A stretch of DNA of 64,000 bases, from assembly GCA_038240015.1 (NCBI GenBank), contig JBBSEF010000010.1, positions 885 to 64,884 of the forward strand. The letters run 5' to 3'. The DNA is from Burkholderiales bacterium (GTDB lineage Bacteria > Pseudomonadota > Gammaproteobacteria > Burkholderiales > Burkholderiaceae_D). A program made the position numbers and the translations under genes. The notes beneath the pieces are model-generated. The model was not told the DNA's origin. It saw only the letters and a program-made list of their open reading frames with translations, and searched no databases. Below are positions 50,282 to 60,555 of the stretch, piece by piece (the first letter of the stretch is position 1; each line of letters starts with the position of its first letter).

Positions 50282-51352
50282 ATGCCCGCACGATTCACGC
50301 TGAGGGAATTGGTCGATCGCTTCGGCGGCGCGTGCGGTGGCGATCTCGAGCGAAGCGTGGTGGGTTTCGCCGCACTCGAAGATGCAACACCCGAGCATCT
50401 CGCTTTCGTGACGGCCGCTCGCTATCGAGGCGCGATCGCGTCCTCGTCGGCCGCGGCGGTACTGGTCAGCGACAAGGACGCCGAGCATCTCGCATCGCAG
50501 TCCGAACGTCTGTGGATCTGCGGCGATCCCTATTTGATGTTCGCGCGCATCGCGCAATTCATCGAGGCGGCCAATCGGGCGGAGCAGGTGCATGGCGTCG
50601 ATCCTCTGGCCACTGTCGACCCGAGCGCGCGTATCGACCCGAGCGCACGGATCGACCCTCACGCGTCGATCGGCGCCAACGTCGTGATCGGTGCGCAAGT
50701 GCGGGTCGGCGCGGGCTCGGTCGTCGGAGAGGGATGCACCATAGCCGAAGCGACGTTGATCTACCCGCGGGTCGTTGTCTATCCGCGCTGCTCGATCGGA
50801 GCGCGCTGCATCGTTCACTCGGGCGCGGTGATCGGCGCCGACGGTTTCGGCTTCGCTCGGGATGGACCGCGCTGGGTCAAGATTCCGCAAACGGGCGGCG
50901 TGACGATCGGAGACGATGTCGAGATCGGCGCGAACACCACCATCGATCGCGGCGCCTTGAGCGACACGCGCATCGCGAACGGCGTCAAGCTCGACAACCA
51001 GATCCAGATTGGACACAACGTGCAGGTCGGCGAGGACACCATCATGGCCGCCTTCGTGGGCATCGCGGGCAGCGCGATCATCGGGCGCCGATGCATGATC
51101 GGCGGCGCGGCGCGCATCATGGGGCATGTGGCGATCGTTGACGATGTGGTGGTGTCGACGCAGACTTTCGTGAGCCGCTCGATCACCAAGGCAGGCCAAT
51201 ACACCGGCTACTATCCGATGTCGGAGCACGTGGCATTCGAGAAGAGCGCCGCGGTGTTGCGGCGCCTCGATGGTTTGCGTGACCGCGTTCGGACACTTGA
51301 AGCCGCAACAGGTCAGACTCGAAATTCGGCAGAGCCCGAAAGCCCCGCATGA
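50282..51352 (+). CDS. lpxD: UDP-3-O-acylglucosamine N-acyltransferase
   Basis: Hexapeptide-repeat left-handed helix and a GADGFGF motif. Start at the ATG at 50282 ([10 protein letters not shown]); the exact start is uncertain. Confidence 0.9.
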   Translation: MPARFTLRELVDRFGGACGGDLERSVVGFAALEDATPEHLAFVTAARYRGAIASSSAAAVLVSDKDAEHLASQSERLWICGDPYLMFARIAQFIEAANRAEQVHGVDPLATVDPSARIDPSARIDPHASIGANVVIGAQVRVGAGSVVGEGCTIAEATLIYPRVVVYPRCSIGARCIVHSGAVIGADGFGFARDGPRWVKIPQTGGVTIGDDVEIGANTTIDRGALSDTRIANGVKLDNQIQIGHNVQVGEDTIMAAFVGIAGSAIIGRRCMIGGAARIMGHVAIVDDVVVSTQTFVSRSITKAGQYTGYYPMSEHVAFEKSAAVLRRLDGLRDRVRTLEAATGQTRNSAEPESPA

Positions 51353-51804
51353 CGACCCTCGACATCCATCAGATCCTCAAACATTTGCCGCATCGCTTTC
51401 CGATGCTGCTGGTCGATCGCGTGCTCGAGTGCGAAGCGGGCAAGTCCATCAGGGCGTTGAAGAACGTCACCATCAACGAACCGTTTTTTCCCGGCCACTA
51501 TCCGCACAGTCCAGTGATGCCCGGCGTGCTCGTGATCGAGGCGCTGGCGCAGGCGGCTGCGATCCTGTCGTTCGTGACGATGGGCACCCGACCCAACGAC
51601 AAGTCGATGTATTACTTCGTCGGCATCGACCGCGCGCGTTTCAAGAAGCCGGTGCTGCCGGGCGATCAACTGATCCTCGAGGTGTCGTTGACCCGTTCGA
51701 TGCGCGGCATGTGGAAGTATGCGGCGACCGCGAGAGTCGACGGGCTCGTCGCCGCCCAAGCGGAACTCATGTGCGCGTACAAGATGGTCGGCGAAGAAGC
51801 GTAG
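51349..51804 (+). CDS. fabZ: 3-hydroxyacyl-ACP dehydratase FabZ
   Basis: Contains [13 protein letters not shown] and FFPGHYP..PVMPGVL. ATGA overlap with lpxD. Confidence 0.95.
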   Translation: MTTLDIHQILKHLPHRFPMLLVDRVLECEAGKSIRALKNVTINEPFFPGHYPHSPVMPGVLVIEALAQAAAILSFVTMGTRPNDKSMYYFVGIDRARFKKPVLPGDQLILEVSLTRSMRGMWKYAATARVDGLVAAQAELMCAYKMVGEEA

Positions 51805-51815
51805 GGTCGCGCGCG

Positions 51816-52616
51816 ATGGTTCGCATTCACCCGACTGCGCTGGTCGATCCACGCGCGCAGCTCGCCGATGATGTCGAGATCGGCGCCTACAGCGTGATCG
51901 GACCGCACGTGGCGATCGGTCCCGGTACGCGCATCGCGGCGCATGTCGTCATCGAAGGACACACGCGGATCGGCGCGCGCAATCGCATCGCCGCGTTCAA
52001 TGCGATCGGCGGCGAACCGCAGGACAAGAAGTACGCCGGCGAAGCCACGCGTCTCACCATCGGCGACGACAACCTGATCCGCGAGTACTGCACGCTCAAC
52101 ATCGGCACCGAGCAGGGCGGCGGCGTGACGCGCTTGGGCAACGACAACTGGATCATGGCCTACGTGCATCTCGCGCACGATTGCCAGGTCGGCGACCACA
52201 CCATCTTTGCCAACAAGGCGCAACTCGCGGGGCACTGCGAAGTCGGCGATTGGGCGATTCTCGGCGGCGACACCGGAGTCCATCAGTTCGTGCGCATCGG
52301 CGCGCATGCGATCACCGGCATCGGAACCATGCTGCGGCAGGACGTGCCGCCGTTCACGATGGTCAGCGGCGATCCGGCCACGCCTCACGGCATCAATGTC
52401 GAAGGTCTCAAGCGTCGCGGCTTCGATGCGCCGGTGATCGCGGCTCTGCGGCTCGCGTACAGAAACCTGTACCGAAGAGGGTTCACGCTGATCGACGCGC
52501 GCGCGGCGATCGCCGCACAAGCGGCCGCGCATGAAACCCACGAGGCCGACTCGGCCGATGCGTTGCGCACCCTGAACAGCTTTCTCGGTTCGGCCGCTCG
52601 CGGCATCGTCCGCTGA
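51816..52616 (+). CDS. lpxA: Acyl-ACP-UDP-N-acetylglucosamine O-acyltransferase
   Basis: MVRIHPTALVDP.A.L and hexapeptide repeats. 266 aa from the ATG at 51816. Confidence 0.93.
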   Translation: MVRIHPTALVDPRAQLADDVEIGAYSVIGPHVAIGPGTRIAAHVVIEGHTRIGARNRIAAFNAIGGEPQDKKYAGEATRLTIGDDNLIREYCTLNIGTEQGGGVTRLGNDNWIMAYVHLAHDCQVGDHTIFANKAQLAGHCEVGDWAILGGDTGVHQFVRIGAHAITGIGTMLRQDVPPFTMVSGDPATPHGINVEGLKRRGFDAPVIAALRLAYRNLYRRGFTLIDARAAIAAQAAAHETHEADSADALRTLNSFLGSAARGIVR

Positions 52617-52633
52617 TTGCGTCGACACCGGCT

Positions 52634-53797
52634 ATGAGCGTTCCGGTTGCGATGGTTGCCGGCGAAGCATCCGGCGATTTGCTTGCGGGTCTGCTGTTGT
52701 CGTCGTTGAAAGAACGCCTACCGCAACTCGCGGCCTACGGCATCGGCGGGCCGCGCATGGCCGAGCAAGGCTTTCGCAACGACTGGCCTGTCGACAAGCT
52801 CGCGGTGCGCGGCTACGTCGAAGTGCTGCGTCATTATTTCGAGATCGCCGCCATCCGGAAAGAACTCAAGCGGCGATTGCTGGCCGCGCCGCCCGCCGCT
52901 TTCATCGGTATCGACGCACCCGATTTCAATCTCGATCTCGAACTGGCATTGCGCGAGGCGTGGCGTGGGCAGGGCAGGCCGGTGGTGCATTTCATCGGAC
53001 CGTCGATCTGGGCGTGGCGCGGGAAGCGCATCGAGAAGATCAGGCGCGCGGTCGATCACATCCTCGTGTTGTTTCCCTTCGAGGAAGCGATCTATCGCGA
53101 TGCGGGCATTGCGGCCACGTATGTCGGGCATCCGCTCGCCGACGTGATCCCACTCGTGACCGATCGCGATGCGGCACGTGCCGCGCTCGGTCTACCGCGC
53201 GATGCGCGCATCGTCGCGCTGTTGCCGGGCAGTCGCCTGTCCGAAGTGCACTACATGGCGCGCACCTTCATCGACGCCGCTGTGCTTCTGTCCGGACGTC
53301 ATCCCGACGTGCAGTTCGTCGTGCCGATGGCCAGCGCGAACGCGCGCCGCACGTTCGAAGCGATTCGCCGTGAGCGTCACGATGATCTGCCGTTGCGGAT
53401 ATTCGACGGGCATTCCCACGACATTCTTGCAGCTGCCGATGCCGTGCTCGTCGCGAGCGGCACGGCAACGCTCGAGACCGCGCTTTTCAAACGTCCGATG
53501 GTGATCGCATACAAGATGGCGTCACTGACGGCGATGATGATGCGCCGCATGGGCTATCTTCCGTGGGTCGGCCTTCCCAACATCCTCGCGCGCGACATGG
53601 TCGTACCCGAATTTCTGCAAGAAGCAGCGACACCCGAAGCGCTCGCGCAGGCGCTCGACCATCAATTGTGCGACGACGCCAATCGTGGACAACTCGAAGA
53701 GCGCTTTCACGCGATGCACGAAAGCCTGCGTTGCAATACCGGCGAGCGCGCGGCCGCGGTGATCGCCGATCTGCTCGAACGCTCATCGATCGCATGA
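52634..53797 (+). CDS. lpxB: Lipid-A-disaccharide synthase
   Basis: Contains [12 protein letters not shown] and SGTATLE motifs. Confidence 0.93.
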   Translation: MSVPVAMVAGEASGDLLAGLLLSSLKERLPQLAAYGIGGPRMAEQGFRNDWPVDKLAVRGYVEVLRHYFEIAAIRKELKRRLLAAPPAAFIGIDAPDFNLDLELALREAWRGQGRPVVHFIGPSIWAWRGKRIEKIRRAVDHILVLFPFEEAIYRDAGIAATYVGHPLADVIPLVTDRDAARAALGLPRDARIVALLPGSRLSEVHYMARTFIDAAVLLSGRHPDVQFVVPMASANARRTFEAIRRERHDDLPLRIFDGHSHDILAAADAVLVASGTATLETALFKRPMVIAYKMASLTAMMMRRMGYLPWVGLPNILARDMVVPEFLQEAATPEALAQALDHQLCDDANRGQLEERFHAMHESLRCNTGERAAAVIADLLERSSIA

Positions 53798-54456
53798 CCC
53801 GCACCCGCTCCCTCTCGCTACGCTTCTTCACCACCGCCACGCGCGTATGCGGTGTCGATGAGGCCGGACGCGGACCGCTCGCCGGGCCGGTCTATGCGGC
53901 CGCCGTGATCCTCGACCCGGCGCGACCGATCCGCGGCTTGCGCGATTCCAAGCAACTCACGGCGGCCGAACGCGAGCGCCTTGCACCTCGCATTCGCGAA
54001 CGCGCGCTCGCATGGGCCGTGGCCTCGGCATCGGTCGAAGAGATCGACTGCATCAACATCCTGCAGGCGAGCCTGCTAGCGATGCAACGCGCGGTCGAAG
54101 CGCTGGCGATGCAGCCCGAGCACGTACTGGTCGACGGCAATTGCCTGCCCCGGCTCAACGTCACTTGCGACGCGATCGTGCAGGGCGACGCCAAGGTCGC
54201 CGCGATTTCGGCGGCGTCGATCTTGGCAAAGACCTCGCGCGATGCGCTGATGCACGCGTTGCATCACGAGCATCCGCAATACGGCTTCGATCAGCACGTC
54301 GGCTATGGAACGCCTCGGCACCTCGCGTCGCTGGCGCTGCACGGCCCGTCGATCATTCATCGACGCAGCTTCGCGCCGGTGCGCGTGCTGCTCGAAGCGC
54401 GGGGCATGACGATGCCGACACTGCTTCAGCCCGAGTCCGCTTGGAGCGAAGACTGA
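53794..54456 (+). CDS. rnhB: Ribonuclease HII
   Basis: Contains [19 protein letters not shown] and AASILAK motifs. The ATG at 53794 overlaps the lpxB stop (ATGA). Confidence 0.92.
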   Translation: MTRTRSLSLRFFTTATRVCGVDEAGRGPLAGPVYAAAVILDPARPIRGLRDSKQLTAAERERLAPRIRERALAWAVASASVEEIDCINILQASLLAMQRAVEALAMQPEHVLVDGNCLPRLNVTCDAIVQGDAKVAAISAASILAKTSRDALMHALHHEHPQYGFDQHVGYGTPRHLASLALHGPSIIHRRSFAPVRVLLEARGMTMPTLLQPESAWSED

Positions 54457-55244
54457 AGGCCATCACATCGCGCGACAACGCGCTCTTCAAGACCCTGCGG
54501 CACATTGCGCATGACGCGTCGACGCGTCGAAAAGAAATGCTCGCGATGATCGAAGGCACGCATCTGTGCGAAGCCTTCCTCGAGACCGGTGCGCTGCCGC
54601 GCTACGCCGTGATCGGGCAATCGTCGATCGCACATCGCGAGGTCGCTGCGCTGATCACCGCGCTCGGCGACGGCGTGCCGGCTTCGCGCGTCCTGCTGCT
54701 CGACGACGCGCTGTTCCATGGGTTGAGCCAGCTCGTGCAAGGCATCGCGGTGCTCTTCGTGATCGACGCGCCGCGGCTTCCTGTTCCGGGTCGCATCGAA
54801 CGATCGTGCGTGATGCTCGATCGCATCCAGGACCCGGGCAATGTCGGATCGATCCTGCGCAGCGCGGCCGCCGCGGGCATCGTCGATATCTATCTGTCGC
54901 TCGGATGCGCAAGCGCGTGGTCGCCGAAGGTACTGCGCGCGGGCATGGGCGCGCACTTTCATTTGCGCGCTCATGAGAACTGCGATTTGCAAAGCCTCGC
55001 GTCGCAAGCATCGATTGCACGCATCGCAACCGATGCATCGGCCACACGGTCGATCTACCAGGCTGACCTGACGAAGGACGTGGCGTGGCTGTTCGGCAAT
55101 GAGGGGCAGGGGCTCGATCCGGGGCTGATGGCCGGGGCGACTGCGCTTTCGATTCCGCAACCCGGAAAGATCGAGTCGCTCAATGTCGCGGCATCGGCTG
55201 CGGTTTGCTTTTTCGAGCAGATACGCCAGCGCGCTATGCGCTAA
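54441..55244 (+). CDS. SpoU/TrmH-family RNA 2'-O-methyltransferase
   Basis: SPOUT motifs [24 protein letters not shown] and [11 protein letters not shown]. The start is uncertain; a TTG at 54441 was chosen because there is no ATG before the conserved [10 protein letters not shown] segment. Confidence 0.75.
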   Translation: MERRLKAITSRDNALFKTLRHIAHDASTRRKEMLAMIEGTHLCEAFLETGALPRYAVIGQSSIAHREVAALITALGDGVPASRVLLLDDALFHGLSQLVQGIAVLFVIDAPRLPVPGRIERSCVMLDRIQDPGNVGSILRSAAAAGIVDIYLSLGCASAWSPKVLRAGMGAHFHLRAHENCDLQSLASQASIARIATDASATRSIYQADLTKDVAWLFGNEGQGLDPGLMAGATALSIPQPGKIESLNVAASAAVCFFEQIRQRAMR

Positions 55245-55263
55245 CGACCCCACAGCCGCGCGC

Positions 55264-58200
55264 CTAGATCTGCGAAAGCACAGTCTCTGCGTACTCGTGA
55301 TTCAACAGCGTCTCGATATCCTCGACCACGATCGCGGGCGAGAACAGGAAGCCCTGGTAGTAGTCGCAGCCCGAGACGCGCAGCGCCTGCAGCTGCAGTT
55401 CGTTTTCGACGCCTTCGGCCGTGGTCGACAGCTTGAGCCCGCGCGCGAGGCTGATCACCGACGTCGTGATCGCCGCATCGCCCGCATCGTGCAGCATGTC
55501 GCGGATGAAGCTCTGATCGATCTTGAGGGTATCGACATCGAGCTGCTGAAGATGCGAAAGGCTGGAGAAGCCGGTACCGAAATCGTCGATGGCGATGCGC
55601 ATGCCGCGATGCTTGAGATCGGCGATGACGTTGCGCGTGACACCGAGATCGAACAGCATGCTGGTTTCGGTGATCTCGACTTCGATGAAGCGGGGATCGA
55701 CGCCGGTCTCTTCGATGACGCGATCGACTTCGTCGATGAAGGTCGCGACCAGCAACTGATGCGCGGAGAAATTGATCGACAGCACGCCGATCGCGACACC
55801 GCGGTCCTGCCATTCGCGCAATTGGCTGCAGGCCTTGCGAAACACGTGCAGGCCGAGTTCGTGGATCAGCCCAGACTCTTCGGCGATGCCGATGAACTCC
55901 TTGGGCGACACCACGCCCAGCCGCGGATCGGTCCAGCGCAGCAGCGCTTCGGCGCCGACGATCTTGTTGTCGGAGACGCGCACGCGCGGCTGGAAGTAGA
56001 GGCGCAGCGCATCCTTGTTCAACGCCAGCTTGAGCGCGCCCTTGACCGCGCTGCGCCGCTCGCTGCGTTGAGCCAGCATCGCTGAGAAGAACTCGAAGCG
56101 ATTCTTGCCGTTCTCCTTGGCGCGGTACATCGCGAGGTCCGCGCTGCGCACCAGCGACTCGGGTGCGCGGCCGTGATCGGGATACACCGCGATGCCGATC
56201 GAGGCAGCCACCGAGAGCCGCTGATTCTCGACGCGGATCGGCGTGCCCAGCGCGGTGATGATGCGCTGCGCGGTTTCGTGAGCGATCGCCTTGGGCCGGG
56301 CGTGCCCGATCACGATCATGAATTCGTCGCCGCCGATGCGCGCGACTTCGTCCTCGGCGCGCACGCAATGACGCAGGATGCCGGCGATCTCCACGAGCAT
56401 CAGATCGCCGACCCGATGGCCGAGCGTGTCGTTGATGTTCTTGAAGTGATCGAGGTCGAGGAACAGCACCGCGACGCCGGTGTTCTGCTGGCGGGCGCGC
56501 TCGATGAATGCGCGCAAGGTCGGCTCGAGCGCGTTGCGATTCAAGAGCCGCGTGAGCGTGTCGCGTTGCGCGATCTCGGTCAGGCGTCGCTCGGCCTCGA
56601 CTCTTTGCGAGACGTCCTGGATCAGGGCGAGTGAAGACGCGATGCCGCCTGCCGCATCGCGCAGCGCGGCGATATGCCACTCGCAAGTCACGCCCGACCC
56701 GTCGCGCCGACGCGTCTCGACGATATGCAGCCGGGTATTGCCGAGTGCGGTGTTCGGGTCGTTTTCATCGGGCAGAAAATCGCCCAGGAGATCGGCGTCG
56801 ATCAGGCCCAGCTCCGCGAACGGCCGCTCGAACACTTCGTCGCGCCGCCATCCGAACAGCGCTTCGGCTTGCGACGACCAGCGCGTGACCCGCCTTTTTC
56901 CATCGAGCGTGAACGAAGCCAACGGCGTGTTCTCGAAGTGCGCGGTCAAGAGGCTGTTGGCCTGCTGCAGGGCGATCTCCTGCTTCTTGCGCGCCTGGAT
57001 GTCGGTGGCGGTCGTGTAGAAGCCGGTGACGGCGCCGGATTCATCGCGCGTCGGGACATAGCGCAACAGCACCCAGCGGCGCGCGCCGTCGTGATAGCGC
57101 ATCTCGCGTTCGTACTGCACTGCTTCGCCTTTCAACGCGGCCCGTATATACGGCTCGGCGAAGCGATAGTCGTCTTCGGGCATCAACTCGCGCATCGGCA
57201 TGCCGATCAATTCATCGGCAGCGCGTGCGTACCAGGTCGTCGTCGTGTGGTTGACGAAACGTAGGCGCTCCTCGGTGTCGACGAAGCTGATCGGCAGTGC
57301 CACGCTGTCCATCGCGCGCTGCATCTCGCGCACCGACTCCTCGTAGGCAAGCTGCGCCTGCTTGGCGTCGCTGATGTCCTGCGCGACGAAGTAGACGCCT
57401 CGCGTCTTGCCGCTGCGATCCAGGTCAGGCAGCCAGTCGATCGAGATGTGGCGGTGCCCCGCGACCGGCTCGGGCAATTCGTGTTCGGTATGCATCTGCG
57501 CGCCTCGCAGTGCGAGCTCGAACGAAGGGTTCAGCAGCGCGGCGATGTCGCGGCCGAAGACGTCCGTGGCCGAGCGGCCGATGATGTCGTCCTTCGCGCG
57601 GCCGACGAAATCCCCATACGCGCGATTGGAAAATTGATGGACCGCCTGCGGATCGATATAAGTCAGCGGCTGCGGAAAATTTTCGACGAACGCTTCGATC
57701 CATTGCTGCTGGCGCGCGCGCGTGTCCTCGGCGTTCTTCGAGTCGGTGATGTCGTAGCCGATGGCGTAGAGGCCGCGCGCGGCGCCGTCCTCGGCGAAAT
57801 CGCCCACCAACGTGATGCGCAGCCAGCGCATGTCGTTCGGATTGCCGGTGGCACGGCGTTCGAACTGGACGCGTTCGCCGCGAAGAGCGGCCTTTATGTG
57901 CGGCATGATCACGGCGACGACTTCGGGCGTGAAGATGTCGTGCGGCGTCTTGCCGACCACGTCGTCGAGCGCGTGGATGCCGTAGTCCGAGAGAAAGCGC
58001 TGATTGCAATACTGATAGCGCAACGACGCGTCGACGTAGCAAATCTGCGCGGGCAGGTTGTCGGTCAGAAAATGGATGCGCGCGTCGCGTTCGGACAGTG
58101 CGCGCTGTGAGCGCTTCTCATCTTCGATACTGCGCGAAATGACGTACAGACCTTCGACGGCGCCGCTCTCGCCGCGAAACGGCAGGTAGCGCATTTCGCG

Positions 58201-59424
58201 CCATTCCCGCGAGTGTCCGAATTCGTCGTTGACTTCCTCGGTGACGGCTTCGCCTTTGAGCGCGCGCGCCAGTGGTTCGCAGTGATGCGCGAAGACTGCC
58301 GATCCCACGACCTCTTCGACCGAACGTCCGATGATCTGGGCGCGCGTCTTGCCGTGTCGCTTCAGGGAGCTCTGGTTGACGTACCGATAGCGCAGGTCGC
58401 GGTCGAGAAACACGATCGCTTCCGGGATGTTTTCGGTGAATCCGCGGAAGTGCGCTTCGCTTTCCTGCAGCATCGTCGATGCGAGGCGCGACTCGTGGAT
58501 GTCCGAAACCAGAACGTAGACGCCGTTCAGAAAACCGTTGCGATCGAAGCCGGGGACGAAGTCCACACGATGCCATCGCATCGCTCCCGAACCGGGAGCG
58601 AATTGTCTCTCGACGCTGTGTTTCTCGCCGGCGCTGGCGCGTACGAAGCTGGCATCGATGATCTGCGCGAACACGCTGGACACGCGCGCGGGCGAGGTGC
58701 CGCCGATGCTCTGCTCCGAAATGTCGAAGGCCTCGCAGAACGCCCGGTTGGCCCACTTGCACAGGCCGTCGCTGCCGATGAAGACGAAAGGCAGCGGCAG
58801 GCTTTCGATCTGCTCGCGTTGCTTGCGCTCGCGTTCGATCACGTCGTCCTGTGCGATGCGCAGCGCCGCGCGCATCGGCGCGCTGACGGTGTTGCCGCCC
58901 AAGGGCAGGATCGATGATTCGGTGGGCTCGAACTGATCCGACCCGCGCCGTCCGAGCCTATGCATGACGCCGAGCACGCCGATGACGCGACCTTTGCGAT
59001 CGCGCTGCGGACGATATTCGAAACGGCTCGCTCCACCGATGGCGCCGTTGTGCCGATGGGCGACATCGATGTCCAGGCTTTCGCCCGCGAGAGCCCGCTC
59101 GAAGTAAGCACGCGTGACCTCCGCCTGCCCTTCGGGAGAAAGTTCGTCGACGGTCTTGCCGAGCAGTTCGTCGCGGGTATGTCCGACGAGTTTGCAATAC
59201 GCCGTGTTGGCGAATTGAAGGACCAGGTTCGCGTCGAAGAACGTCAGGGGCGCATCGACCCAATCGATTACCGCGTGGATGAGGTCGCGCTGATCGGGTG
59301 TGATCAGGTCCCCGAGATCGCCGAACGCGCGCTCGCCGATCGACGAGGCAGACGCCAGCGCCGCGGCGGCGTCCGTCGGTCGCGGTTCATTGCGGTGGAT
59401 GCGGTTGATCAGTTGTGCGAACAA
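55264..59424 (-). CDS. Multi-PAS sensor diguanylate cyclase/phosphodiesterase (PAS x about 7, GGDEF, EAL)
   Basis: Repeated PAS/PAC-like modules over roughly the first 950 residues. Intact GGDEF with an RAED I-site 5 residues upstream. EAL domain with EALLRW, N, EITE, DDFGTG, KIDQSF, EGVE and QG residues. TTG start at 59424 preceded by AGGGAG with a 7-nt spacer; there is no ATG before the first PAS module. Confidence 0.88.
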   Translation of the reverse strand: MFAQLINRIHRNEPRPTDAAAALASASSIGERAFGDLGDLITPDQRDLIHAVIDWVDAPLTFFDANLVLQFANTAYCKLVGHTRDELLGKTVDELSPEGQAEVTRAYFERALAGESLDIDVAHRHNGAIGGASRFEYRPQRDRKGRVIGVLGVMHRLGRRGSDQFEPTESSILPLGGNTVSAPMRAALRIAQDDVIERERKQREQIESLPLPFVFIGSDGLCKWANRAFCEAFDISEQSIGGTSPARVSSVFAQIIDASFVRASAGEKHSVERQFAPGSGAMRWHRVDFVPGFDRNGFLNGVYVLVSDIHESRLASTMLQESEAHFRGFTENIPEAIVFLDRDLRYRYVNQSSLKRHGKTRAQIIGRSVEEVVGSAVFAHHCEPLARALKGEAVTEEVNDEFGHSREWREMRYLPFRGESGAVEGLYVISRSIEDEKRSQRALSERDARIHFLTDNLPAQICYVDASLRYQYCNQRFLSDYGIHALDDVVGKTPHDIFTPEVVAVIMPHIKAALRGERVQFERRATGNPNDMRWLRITLVGDFAEDGAARGLYAIGYDITDSKNAEDTRARQQQWIEAFVENFPQPLTYIDPQAVHQFSNRAYGDFVGRAKDDIIGRSATDVFGRDIAALLNPSFELALRGAQMHTEHELPEPVAGHRHISIDWLPDLDRSGKTRGVYFVAQDISDAKQAQLAYEESVREMQRAMDSVALPISFVDTEERLRFVNHTTTTWYARAADELIGMPMRELMPEDDYRFAEPYIRAALKGEAVQYEREMRYHDGARRWVLLRYVPTRDESGAVTGFYTTATDIQARKKQEIALQQANSLLTAHFENTPLASFTLDGKRRVTRWSSQAEALFGWRRDEVFERPFAELGLIDADLLGDFLPDENDPNTALGNTRLHIVETRRRDGSGVTCEWHIAALRDAAGGIASSLALIQDVSQRVEAERRLTEIAQRDTLTRLLNRNALEPTLRAFIERARQQNTGVAVLFLDLDHFKNINDTLGHRVGDLMLVEIAGILRHCVRAEDEVARIGGDEFMIVIGHARPKAIAHETAQRIITALGTPIRVENQRLSVAASIGIAVYPDHGRAPESLVRSADLAMYRAKENGKNRFEFFSAMLAQRSERRSAVKGALKLALNKDALRLYFQPRVRVSDNKIVGAEALLRWTDPRLGVVSPKEFIGIAEESGLIHELGLHVFRKACSQLREWQDRGVAIGVLSINFSAHQLLVATFIDEVDRVIEETGVDPRFIEVEITETSMLFDLGVTRNVIADLKHRGMRIAIDDFGTGFSSLSHLQQLDVDTLKIDQSFIRDMLHDAGDAAITTSVISLARGLKLSTTAEGVENELQLQALRVSGCDYYQGFLFSPAIVVEDIETLLNHEYAETVLSQI

Positions 59425-59509
59425 GAGTCGACTCCCTGCCCGATTATAGTCATCGAAACTTGATCGGTTGCCTTCGCGTATGGCGACGCAGGGCGGCCGT
59501 CGGTCGGTC

Positions 59510-59525
59510 GGCCCGCAAGCGGGCC
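59510..59525 (-). other. GC-rich hairpin 8 nt downstream of the ppsR stop
   Basis: GGCCCGC-aa-GCGGGCC. There is no U-tract, so it is not a canonical intrinsic terminator. Confidence 0.35.
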
Positions 59526-59532
59526 GATATTC

Positions 59533-60423
59533 TTAGAACGATCGACGCTCCAGCCTGATCTCTTGCAGGATGGTGGTTGCGATTTCTTCGATCGATTTGG
59601 TCGTCGAAGACAGCCAGCGTATGCCTTCCCGACGCATCAGACTCTCGGCCGCGATCACCTCGGCGCGGCAGTTTTCGAGCGCTGCGTACTTGCTGTTGGG
59701 CCGGCGTTCGTTGCGCACTTCGGCCAGGCGCTCGGGCGCAATCGAAAGGCCGAACAGCTTGGCGCGGAACTCCGGGAGCACCGACGGCAAGCGATCGCGC
59801 TCGAAGTCTTCGGGAATCAGCGGATAGTTGGCTGCCTTGATGCCGTACTGCATGGCTAGATAAAGACTGGTCGGCGTCTTGCCGCTGCGCGAGACGCCCA
59901 CCAGAATCACATCCGCGTTGGTCAGCCCGCCGTGCGTCTGGCCGTCGTCGTGCGCCAGTGAAAAATTGATCGCATCGATCCGCTGGTTGTATTGCTTGGA
60001 GTCGGCGATGTTGTGCGAGCGCCCGATCGAGTGGGTCGACTTGACTCCCAATTCCTTCTCGAGCGGCTCGACGAAAGTCTGGATCATGTCGAGAAAGAGA
60101 CCGTGCGCGCAGCGCACCGCGTAGTTGATCTCGGGGTCGACCAGGGTCGAGAACACGATCGGCCGAAGCTGCTCGTCCCTTGCGACTCTGTTGATGCGCT
60201 CGATCACGTCGGCCGCCTTGTCCATCGTGTCGATGAAGGGAATGCGCAACTGCTTGAGTTCGACGCCCTCGAACTGCGCGAGCAGGCTGTGTCCGAAAGT
60301 CTCCGCGGTGATGCCGGTGCCGTCGGACACGAAGAACACCGTTCTCACAGGCGCCGGAGTCGGCGAAGGCAGTGCGACGATGAGCGTGCTGGACGCGGAA
60401 GACTGCGGCATCGTTTGCGACAT
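59533..60423 (-). CDS. ppsR: Phosphoenolpyruvate synthase regulatory protein (PSRP, DUF299 kinase/pyrophosphorylase)
   Basis: Contains [19 protein letters not shown] and the P-loop [15 protein letters not shown]. Divergent from ppsA. ATG at 60423; the first codon of the track ORF is TTG. Confidence 0.9.
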   Translation of the reverse strand: MSQTMPQSSASSTLIVALPSPTPAPVRTVFFVSDGTGITAETFGHSLLAQFEGVELKQLRIPFIDTMDKAADVIERINRVARDEQLRPIVFSTLVDPEINYAVRCAHGLFLDMIQTFVEPLEKELGVKSTHSIGRSHNIADSKQYNQRIDAINFSLAHDDGQTHGGLTNADVILVGVSRSGKTPTSLYLAMQYGIKAANYPLIPEDFERDRLPSVLPEFRAKLFGLSIAPERLAEVRNERRPNSKYAALENCRAEVIAAESLMRREGIRWLSSTTKSIEEIATTILQEIRLERRSF

Positions 60424-60555
60424 CAATGCGACATGGACCGTGACATCAAGACGAGTGTTCGTCGGAGGAAGGCGCGGACCCGCAGGTTAGAATCGACCTC
60501 GTTGGGGCCACGCCAGATAGTGGCGGAATTTAACACCAAGGAAGCGGCAACGCCC

